DNA from: a virus
Taxonomy: Duplodnaviria; Caudoviricetes
Length of the DNA: 25,311 nucleotides
IMG/VR virus record: IMGVR_UViG_3300025264_000104
Coordinates: 1 to 25,311 of that record
Direction: 5' to 3' (one strand)
Shown here: in pieces, positions 17,102 to 23,598 of the stretch
Position numbering within the stretch: position 1 is the first letter of the stretch
How the letters are laid out: every line of letters begins with the position of its first letter
Notes under the pieces: model-generated
Seen by the model: the letters and a program-made list of their open reading frames with translations, nothing else
Databases searched by the model: none
What the model was told of the DNA's origin: nothing
Translations under genes and position numbers: made by a program

Positions 17102-18242
17102 GAGGCTGACCTTTGAAATCCACAAGGTCGGTGAAACTGAGCTGCCCACTCCTCCATAAGTTCCAGCGTGTAGGCCCAAGAACCTGCGCGCCAAAACCAG
17201 GAGAGGCAGCATCTTTTTGCCGCAACCAGGTAGGAAAAGTGGTTGTACGAGGGACCAGCCCATCCATGGAAGATCGAGCCTGGAAAATCCGCTCTTTTAT
17301 TTCGGCATCAGTGAAACCTGCTTGTCCCATACGCCGCTCATAGGATTTGCGGATAGACGAACGGCGGCCATTAACCGTCACTGCCTGACTGTTCGACAAT
17401 TCCGCCCAAGACTTTGTTTGTGGCACCCAGGCCGAACGGCAAGAAAAATGTGCAGCGCCTGCGCCGCCCAATGCAGGGTACGAGTGCCCTACCGGCTCAT
17501 CATCAAGTGTGTACACTCTCCCATCACGAACTTGACAGATAAGGCTTGTTCTTGCATCTAAAGTGCTATGCCATAGCTTCCCCTTTATAATGTCCTTATG
17601 CTCGTTCATGACCTCACTACGAATCTTATTTGCTGCTGTCTGGACAGAGGAGCGTATCAGCCGTTCCGCACTAGTACGTGAAACCCGCATAATGCCGTCC
17701 TTAAAGCCCCCTGCTCGTGTTCCGCGTACGCGTTGCAGCAGCTGAGCCAGCGGTTCGCCCTGGAGCATGCCTTGTCGCATTTCGTCCATAAAAAGATCCT
17801 GTAAAGTAGAGGCTCGTCGCTTCCACCACTCCTTGCTCGGAGCACCTTGAATAAGCGTATCGGTTGTCAAAGTTTTAAGAGAAGCCGCATCAAGTGTCGG
17901 GGTTACGAGGTCTATCCCCAGAGCTTCGTTCAGAGATTGGATGACAAACGTTTGTTCTACCTGCGCCATACTCGTGACAGATGCCTGGGTTATTCGACGT
18001 ATGTCTTGGTAACTCTCGCGAATCGTCATCTGAGTCTCAGTCAAGAGGGACTGGAGCCGCCGACGCTGAAAGGCAGTCCGAGTAGGGCCCGTCGGATCGG
18101 AGGAGGCAAGGTTTTTGACGAGATTGCGCTCCAAGTTACGGAGCAAAATAAAAACATCAGACTGGATACTTGCCTCGACTCGTGCCAGATCAACCGCATG
18201 TGTCGTAAACGAGTCGACAAGAGTTTCATTCACAGAAGGCAT
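17055..18242 (-). CDS. Minor head protein (SPP1 gp7 / Mu gpF-like)
   Basis: 'WHSTLDARTSLICQVRDG', 'AHFSCRS', 'FPTWLRQ', 'QVLGPTR'. Confidence 0.92.
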   Translation of the reverse strand: MPSVNETLVDSFTTHAVDLARVEASIQSDVFILLRNLERNLVKNLASSDPTGPTRTAFQRRRLQSLLTETQMTIRESYQDIRRITQASVTSMAQVEQTFVIQSLNEALGIDLVTPTLDAASLKTLTTDTLIQGAPSKEWWKRRASTLQDLFMDEMRQGMLQGEPLAQLLQRVRGTRAGGFKDGIMRVSRTSAERLIRSSVQTAANKIRSEVMNEHKDIIKGKLWHSTLDARTSLICQVRDGRVYTLDDEPVGHSYPALGGAGAAHFSCRSAWVPQTKSWAELSNSQAVTVNGRRSSIRKSYERRMGQAGFTDAEIKERIFQARSSMDGLVPRTTTFPTWLRQKDAASPGFGAQVLGPTRWNLWRSGQLSFTDLVDFKGQPLTVAALQQKLAAQTA

Positions 18243-18258
18243 AGGGGGAGTATGTCAC

Positions 18259-18290
18259 AAAAAAGCCGCGCCCGGTATAACCAGGCTTTT
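18259..18290 (-). terminator. Intrinsic terminator closing the pentamer array
   Basis: Minus strand: AAAAGCCTGGTTATACCGGGCGCGGCTTTTTT, a GC-rich hairpin plus T6. Confidence 0.7.
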
Positions 18291-18409
18291 GAGCATGTCG
18301 AGTTTTGTCCTGTCTTGTCGTGTCCAGTCCAGTCTTGTCCTGTCGTGTCCCGTCGTGTCGGGTCATGTCGCGTCCGGTCCTGTCGCGTCGCGTCGCGTCA
18401 GGTCCTGTC

Positions 18410-18444
18410 AGGAAAAACAGCCTCCTTGTCTGAGTGATAAACAC
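18410..18444 (-). repeat. 35-nt separator repeat, copy 3
   Basis: AGGAAAAACAGCCTCCTTGTCTGAGTGATAAACAC (+), identical in three copies. Confidence 0.95.
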
Positions 18445-18562
18445 GTCCTGTCTGGTCGGGTCGAGTCGTGTCCAGTCTCGTCATGTCGTGTCGGGTCATG
18501 TCGTGTCGCGTCTGGTCGTGTCCAGTCGCGTCGTGTCGTGTCGTGTCGCGTCCGGTCCCGTC

Positions 18563-18597
18563 AGGAAAAACAGCCTCCTTGTCTGAGTGATAAACAC
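18563..18597 (-). repeat. 35-nt separator repeat, copy 2
   Basis: Identical copy. Confidence 0.95.
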
Positions 18598-18700
18598 GTC
18601 CAGTCTTGTCGTGTCCAGTCTCGTCATGTCGAGTCAGGTCATGTCCTGTCATGTCCTGTCACGTCTCGTCGTGTCATGTCGCGTCATGTCCGGTCCCGTC

Positions 18701-18735
18701 AGGAAAAACAGCCTCCTTGTCTGAGTGATAAACAC
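18701..18735 (-). repeat. 35-nt separator repeat, copy 1
   Basis: Identical copy. Confidence 0.95.
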
Positions 18736-18871
18736 GTCCAGTCTGGTCGTGTCGCGTCACGTCAGGTCCTGTCTGGTCACGTCGTGTCGAGTCCAGTCAC
18801 GTCGCGTCCAGTCGCGTCGTGTCAGGTCGTGTCGAGCCTTGTCCCATCGTGTCGTGTCTCGTTATAAATCC

Positions 18872-19498
18872 TCAAACCCGTTTTGCCAGATTCTTCAAGA
18901 ATTGATCCTCTTGGACATCCTCTCTCCATTCAAACTTGGTCGGCATAAAACGCCCATTCAACCCGCCTACTTCAGGACGCCAGACACCAATTCCAACACT
19001 TGCCCCAGCCTTTTTCAGGTAAAGCTCAAAAACTTCTTTCGTGATTATGTCCTCTGAAATTGCAAAATCCACAGCTGCATTCCAAGACTGTGCTTGTGGG
19101 AAACATTTCCACACCTTCGATCCCCCGCCCGAGCCCGGTTGTCCAGGGACATATACCCAAGCTCCTTCAACCTCAGACCTACGGGTGTTTGATAAGACCA
19201 CATCAGCCATGACCATCACGTCACTGACAAAAAACTTCGTGTATGTCGCATTACGTTGCCCGGGAATTTTGATGGGAGTTCGCTTGGCAGCCGTAGCCAC
19301 AGACTTCTTAAAAGACATCGCGGGAATGAACATCTTTGCGTCAGGCTTGTTTGAAGTCCAGTGTGCAACTTCTGGCCAGATACGACGCTCATATTCATCA
19401 GCTGTTTCGCCACTTAACTTAGGATATTCTGCCAAGCTTATCGGGCGACGTTGCTGCATAAGGGTTACAGATGATAAGTGTACTTTTACAGTTCGCAT
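18872..19498 (-). CDS. Stand-alone Cas7/RAMP-like protein (putative Vipr-type RNA-guided effector)
   Basis: N-terminal strand 'VKVHLSSVT', 'FIPAMSFKKSVATAA' (cf. Cas7-group IPxxSxKG), C-terminal G-rich loop 'AGASVGIGVWRPEVGGLNGRF'. AAGGAGAGG ribosome-binding site. No other cas genes in the window. Confidence 0.78.
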   Translation of the reverse strand: MRTVKVHLSSVTLMQQRRPISLAEYPKLSGETADEYERRIWPEVAHWTSNKPDAKMFIPAMSFKKSVATAAKRTPIKIPGQRNATYTKFFVSDVMVMADVVLSNTRRSEVEGAWVYVPGQPGSGGGSKVWKCFPQAQSWNAAVDFAISEDIITKEVFELYLKKAGASVGIGVWRPEVGGLNGRFMPTKFEWREDVQEDQFLKNLAKRV

Positions 19499-19563
19499 GG
19501 GTCCTCTCCTTGCGGGCAGTTAGAAGCCGGGAGAATTAGCCGTTCTCTCGGTTTCACGTTTGT

Positions 19564-19643
19564 GTCAAGTCGAATCTTATCGCGTCTTATCAGATATCGT
19601 CAGCTCCAGTCCTGTCCGATCTCGTCGCGTCCTGTCCTGTCAA
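19564..19643 (-). repeat. Degenerate GAY-NN pentamer tract between the 176-aa gene and the RAMP-like gene
   Basis: 16 in-phase units (+): 10 GTC, 4 ATC, 1 ATA, 1 CTC. Confidence 0.8.
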
Positions 19644-19654
19644 GATAAAGAAAA

Positions 19655-20185
19655 TCATGTATCCGTAACCTCTATAGGTTGCTTCTGACTTCGCATCAAA
19701 AACTCAAGTGTTGCTTCTCTGGTCATCGCCTCTTGTGTCTCAGCCATCCGAACGGCAAGCCGTTGGACAACTAGTCTTTTTGTGATGTCATGTGTCACTG
19801 CCAGCAAACTTGCATGCACCCGATAAGAGTTCTGCTCCTCTGGACTCAACTGCATGATATTCGTACATTGGTGGCGTTTCAGACCACGTATAGCGGCACG
19901 GTTTATTTTCTTTCGAGCTTGTTCAGTGCTCGACACAATCTCAGGATCGGTTATGTACTTCAATCCTTGACCACGCAAACAAAGAAAAACTTTATTTTCT
20001 TCTCCTTGGAGCATTTTTCGGGCTTGTCTAAGAGCATAAGAACTGCCGTCGAGGGAACTCAGAGCAGCCACTGTTCTCAGCTCATCATATGTTATTGTCT
20101 CACCCATCTGTAATTTGTTTAGGCGAGTAACGAGCAAATTAATTGCCGCTTGTACAGCCTCCAATACCTCAAATTTCATCGCCAT
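19655..20185 (-). CDS. Hypothetical protein (176 aa), possible winged-helix N-terminus; accessory to the RAMP/pentamer cassette
   Basis: Overlaps the upstream Zn-ribbon gene. 'GETITYDEL...ALRQARKML...VFLCLRGQGLK' suggests helix-turn-helix plus wing (inference). Confidence 0.7.
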   Translation of the reverse strand: MAMKFEVLEAVQAAINLLVTRLNKLQMGETITYDELRTVAALSSLDGSSYALRQARKMLQGEENKVFLCLRGQGLKYITDPEIVSSTEQARKKINRAAIRGLKRHQCTNIMQLSPEEQNSYRVHASLLAVTHDITKRLVVQRLAVRMAETQEAMTREATLEFLMRSQKQPIEVTDT

Positions 20186-20321
20186 TTTTTCCCCTTTCTC
20201 TCTTTGGGATATCCCAGAGAGCGGATTTGCAACGTGGACAGCTACGGACTTGTTTTTGCCGAGGCCGCCACATATGCCCGCAACGCACGCATTTTAATTC
20301 AGGTGAAATTGATACTTCCAC
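20169..20321 (-). CDS. Small Zn-ribbon protein (50 aa)
   Basis: GTG start 9 nt after AGGAGG; 'CVRCGHMW...CPRCKSALW'. Confidence 0.78.
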   Translation of the reverse strand: MEVSISPELKCVRCGHMWRPRQKQVRSCPRCKSALWDIPKRERGKNGDEI

Positions 20322-20354
20322 ATCTGGGGTCCTCCTTTCTAAGAAGATAAACAA

Positions 20355-20474
20355 GTCGAGTCTGGTCCTGTCGTGTCATATCGTGTCGGGTCATGTCGTG
20401 TCGGGTCATGTCGCGTCTTGTCTTGTCATGTCGTGTCGAGTCCTGTCTTGTCGGGTCCCGTCTTGTCTTGTCCT
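20355..20474 (-). ncRNA. Leader GAC-NN pentamer tract (24 units), putative guide RNA
   Basis: GTC every 5 nt from 20355 to 20470 (one ATC). Followed on the minus strand by GTTTATC...AAGGAGG, similar to the array separator. Confidence 0.75.
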
Positions 20475-20499
20475 GCATGAGACAAAAGTGAAACCCATG

Positions 20500-20528
20500 A
20501 CCATACGTATACTCATCCGTATGGTAAA
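20500..20528 (-). promoter_or_regulatory. Candidate promoter overlapped by an 8-bp inverted repeat (operator-like)
   Basis: ACCATACG-N10-CGTATGGT (20500-20525). Minus strand has TTTACC-N17-TATGGT, 4/6 matches to each sigma70 box. Confidence 0.45.
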
Positions 20529-20561
20529 TCAATAGGAAAGGACAAAAAAGGACAAAAAAGA

Positions 20562-21341
20562 TCAAGAAAAGAGGCGGTCGAGCATGGGCCGGAAATCAGC
20601 AAGGGGGATTTGTGTCTCTTTATCAGAAAGAGCTTTGGCGGGATTCTCGTGGACCTCAAAGAAGAGACCATGCACGCCTACCGCGAGGGCAGCAGCGGCG
20701 AGGGGTTCAACAAATTGCCGCTGCCCTCTTGTAGAAGCTTCGGCAACGGGGAGCTGAACACTATGAGTTGCGTCAAAAATGACAGGGTAGCTAAGTGCTT
20801 TCATATCCACGATATCTCGGAAGTCTACAACTAAATTTCCCTGCCCAAAACTTGAGCCTCGCTCAGTCAAGGTGATTTGCTTGTTCCCTGTTGTGGCGAC
20901 CTTCTCCGCTGCATAGGCCATCTGCTGACCAGAGAGAAACTGCCCTTTCTTGAGGTTTACTGGCTTCTGCGTCTGCCCCGCTGCCACAAGTAGATCAGTT
21001 TGACGACACAGAAAGGCAGGGACTTGAATCATATCCACAACCTCAGCCGCGAGGGTTGCTTCAGCTGGGGAATGCACGTCTGTCAAAACAGGAATACCAA
21101 ACTGTTCTTTTATTTCGGCCAAGATGCCGAGCCCGCGCTCAATACCGACGCCTCGAAAAGAATGGATAGAGGTCCTATTTGCTTTATCGTAAGACGATTT
21201 CCAGATCCAGCTAAGTCCTGTCATTGCCTCAGATAATAACTCAGCGTGACGCAAAGCCATATCGCGGTCTTCAATTACACACGGACCCGCGATGATGGCA
21301 GGTGTCACATTGTGCCTGAAATACGCAGAGAAGAAATCCAT
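20562..21341 (-). CDS. kdsA: 3-deoxy-D-manno-octulosonate 8-phosphate (Kdo8P) synthase
   Basis: 'IAGPCVIE', 'KSSYDKANRTS', 'QVPAFLCRQTDL', 'KKGQFLS', 'ERGSSFG', 'DATHSVQ', 'EVHENP...ALSD'. Confidence 0.97.
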   Translation of the reverse strand: MDFFSAYFRHNVTPAIIAGPCVIEDRDMALRHAELLSEAMTGLSWIWKSSYDKANRTSIHSFRGVGIERGLGILAEIKEQFGIPVLTDVHSPAEATLAAEVVDMIQVPAFLCRQTDLLVAAGQTQKPVNLKKGQFLSGQQMAYAAEKVATTGNKQITLTERGSSFGQGNLVVDFRDIVDMKALSYPVIFDATHSVQLPVAEASTRGQRQFVEPLAAAALAVGVHGLFFEVHENPAKALSDKETQIPLADFRPMLDRLFS

Positions 21342-22814
21342 TTAAGCCGCCTCATCTTCCTCATCCTCTTCCATAGCAGGAACAGGGAGTTCAGGAAGTC
21401 TAGTCATGGCAATGAGTTCCTGCTCCTCTTCCCATGTCCGGCCTTGAATAATCTCGCCTGAAACTAACGCTTCAAGAAATGTCCGCTCAGAGATAGTATC
21501 CGCCTGGCGTGCCGCCATCAACGCAGTCAACATGCCTGGCGACATCTGACTTGCCACAATATCTGTATTGAGAGCAATGGTTGCAGTTGGATTGTCCTGT
21601 CCTGCCCACCAAGCTACCACCCAGAGGGCTTTTGAGAGGGAAGAACTCAGAGCCCGCGCCGCTGTCTTGACGATGCTTTCTTCCCCGGCTTGGCGGAGCT
21701 GGACCGTCTCGGCTGCCTCTACGGCTCGCTTGGATTCTTCGAGAAGCCGCGCACCGAGCACGGCCATCATTTTCTCATCCGACTCTTTGGCAGTAGCGAT
21801 GGTCCCGAGCCCTGCTCCACTGAATTCTAGAAAACCTGCTCGGGCTGCGGGATTGTCTGAAATCCAGGCGGCCTGTGATCCTATCCGTAGATCAGCATCC
21901 GTTGCAAATCCTGCTACCCAGGCAGTCGGGAGGGCAGTGAAGTGTAGGCCGTGTTTATAGTCTGCATCAAGTCGGAAATGGTCATAATTCACGTCCACTA
22001 AGTCTAGGAGACGTGATGGCTCTAACCGAAATTCAGGGCCGTTGGCACTGATCGGAAAAAAGGGAATAGAAGCCAGCGACTCTCCCTTACGATCAGGGAT
22101 TATGGGCGGACCAAAAGGAACCCACTCTGGATTATCGTTTACGTCTTCTTCAATACGCCAGAGCTGCTGAGTATACACATCCGTGACAAGGGAAACACCG
22201 CCAGAAACTGTAGAGGGAACAATCCGCCGGGATAATTCAAGGACCCTATATTGTTCAATCTCTTCTGTTCCAAACCCGTCTGCCGCAGGCTCCTCGATTC
22301 TCTCGCGTAGCACAACTTGTGTGAGTGTTGGCCGGCCGTCGCGCAGATCAATCCGCCAGTTAGTGATATCTTCGGCGCGGTACAGACTCAAATAAGGGCG
22401 ACGTTCATCAAAAGAAGACCCCTCAACCGGCATATCGACAAGAATGCCTGCCCAGTTTATAGCCATCGCCTCCTTGAATGCGCCACGAGCAAAGTCGGTA
22501 AGGGTTTGGCCTGTCAGAGTAACGTCATTCAGCCAAGGAACAAAAGGCTCAGGAAAATCAACCAACGGCTCTTTCCGAAAAACCGCGCCCACTAGGCCCG
22601 TCAGTGTCCGTGCTGAGTAGCCTGTCCACAACGCACGTCCCATATACTTGTCGTAGTCTCCTTCCCATTCCCCATCTTGTCCTTCCAGGCGAGGAACATA
22701 GGTTTCTCTATGCAGCAGGCTTTTCACCGCGTCCTTACCGGCAAAAGCATCTCGTAGACGTTGCCACTGAGGAGCAAGAGAATTGTACGTCGTGTGTGTT
22801 GTATCAACTGGCAT
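21342..22814 (-). CDS. Portal protein (DUF4055-type)
   Basis: 490 aa after the terminase. 'GLVGAVFRKEP', 'RPYLSLYRAEDITNW', 'LLDLVDVNYDHFRLDADY', 'MAVLGARLL'. Confidence 0.92.
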   Translation of the reverse strand: MPVDTTHTTYNSLAPQWQRLRDAFAGKDAVKSLLHRETYVPRLEGQDGEWEGDYDKYMGRALWTGYSARTLTGLVGAVFRKEPLVDFPEPFVPWLNDVTLTGQTLTDFARGAFKEAMAINWAGILVDMPVEGSSFDERRPYLSLYRAEDITNWRIDLRDGRPTLTQVVLRERIEEPAADGFGTEEIEQYRVLELSRRIVPSTVSGGVSLVTDVYTQQLWRIEEDVNDNPEWVPFGPPIIPDRKGESLASIPFFPISANGPEFRLEPSRLLDLVDVNYDHFRLDADYKHGLHFTALPTAWVAGFATDADLRIGSQAAWISDNPAARAGFLEFSGAGLGTIATAKESDEKMMAVLGARLLEESKRAVEAAETVQLRQAGEESIVKTAARALSSSLSKALWVVAWWAGQDNPTATIALNTDIVASQMSPGMLTALMAARQADTISERTFLEALVSGEIIQGRTWEEEQELIAMTRLPELPVPAMEEDEEDEAA

Positions 22815-22865
22815 AGTCTACTCCTCAAATTTCACCCGTAATGAGGGCAAGGAAAAACCGTCTCC

Positions 22866-23582
22866 TTATTTTCTTGCTTGCTCACCTAAATATCCTCCGT
22901 GGTGTCGAACAGCATAGTCCTGCTTAGTCATGCCTCCTTGTTCCATAAGAGCAAGCGCAATACCGTCAAGCAATGCACTGACCACGGCAAGGCTGCTCGT
23001 TGGCGTCAGTCCGAGAGGACATGCTTCAGTCACCACCCCGTAAACCACAGCAAAATCCACATGCTCACACAAATCACTTTCTTCTGGTCCCACTACTCCA
23101 ATAATAGGCACATCTGCGGCTGAGTACATAATGCGCGCCTGTTGTACTGTTTCGATGACCTCGCGTGTCTTACCAGAGTTGGAACACGCCACCAACACGT
23201 CGCCAGAACTCAGAATCCCCAGGTCTCCATGCTGCGCTTCTCCTGGATGCAGGAAAAAGGCAGGTGTTCCTGTGGAGGCCAGAGTCATCGCAAAGCGAGC
23301 GCCTACATAGCCGATCTTGCCCATGCCTGTCACGACAACTTTCCCTTGGCACGAACGCAACGCATCCACGAAGCGAAGAATGTGTGGTTCTGAGAGGGTG
23401 TCAATAGACGAGGTGATGGCGATAGCCTCGCGTCTCATCGTCAGAAAAAACCGTTGCAAGCTGCTCATATCGTCAAGAGTGGCCGGGTTGCCACAGTGGC
23501 GACAGGGCCAACCGGAAAAGGTTGAGACTTGAGCGTTATGTGAGGATTCAAACTGCTTCGCAATGTCCAGGTATCGACCCAT
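22866..23582 (-). CDS. kdsD: Arabinose-5-phosphate isomerase (KdsD/KpsF/GutQ-type SIS domain, no CBS pair)
   Basis: 'VVVTGMGKIG', 'ASTGTPAFFLHPGEAQHGDLG', 'SNSGKTRE', 'EACPLGLTPTSS', 'HHGGYLG'. Start at MGRYLD (purine-rich ribosome-binding site) or at 23468 (MSSLQ). Confidence 0.92.
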   Translation of the reverse strand: MGRYLDIAKQFESSHNAQVSTFSGWPCRHCGNPATLDDMSSLQRFFLTMRREAIAITSSIDTLSEPHILRFVDALRSCQGKVVVTGMGKIGYVGARFAMTLASTGTPAFFLHPGEAQHGDLGILSSGDVLVACSNSGKTREVIETVQQARIMYSAADVPIIGVVGPEESDLCEHVDFAVVYGVVTEACPLGLTPTSSLAVVSALLDGIALALMEQGGMTKQDYAVRHHGGYLGEQARK

Positions 23583-23598
23583 AGCTTTTCTCCCTTCC

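Larger units (their letters stand above)
18297..18863 (-). ncRNA. Array of four GAC-NN pentamer tracts separated by three identical 35-nt repeats; putative non-contiguous guide RNA array (VIPR-like)
   Basis: Plus-strand GTC occurs every 5 nt at 18297-18409 (23 units), 18445-18562 (24), 18598-18700 (21) and 18736-18863 (26). Only 4 triplets deviate and there are no phase breaks within tracts. The array starts 8 nt after the RAMP-like gene stop. The repeat structure is certain; the RNA role is inferred. Confidence 0.8.

Noticed and set aside
18410-18735. Canonical CRISPR array (three identical 35-nt repeats)
   Set aside because: The intervening segments are 118 and 103 nt and internally periodic rather than foreign 30-40 nt spacers. 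No cas1/2/5/6 are present in the window.
18297-18863. Simple microsatellite, origin iterons or assembly artefact
   Set aside because: The fixed triplet with freely varying dinucleotide, unique strings per tract, similar tract lengths and flanking terminator argue against slippage-only repeats or a collapsed assembly.
18115-19057. ORFs over the pentamer array (18115..18867 +, 18226..18444 -, 18398..18652 -, 18725..19057 +)
   Set aside because: The SCRV/TRHD-type translations are by-products of the 5-nt period, which rarely creates stops. There is no credible ribosome-binding site and start pairing.
20355-20474. Reading NN as codon positions 1-2 gives a hydrophobic, membrane-like peptide
   Set aside because: Explained by the general bias toward T in the second plus-strand position in all tracts. 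It is not evidence of a target without a database match.
18297-20474. Diversity-generating retroelement or retron explanation for the variable tracts
   Set aside because: No reverse transcriptase in the window and no template/variable repeat pair with adenine-specific differences.
20143-20565. ORFs 20143..20535 + and 20299..20565 - across the leader tract
   Set aside because: Same repeat-translation artefact. They also overlap the Zn-ribbon gene or the candidate promoter.
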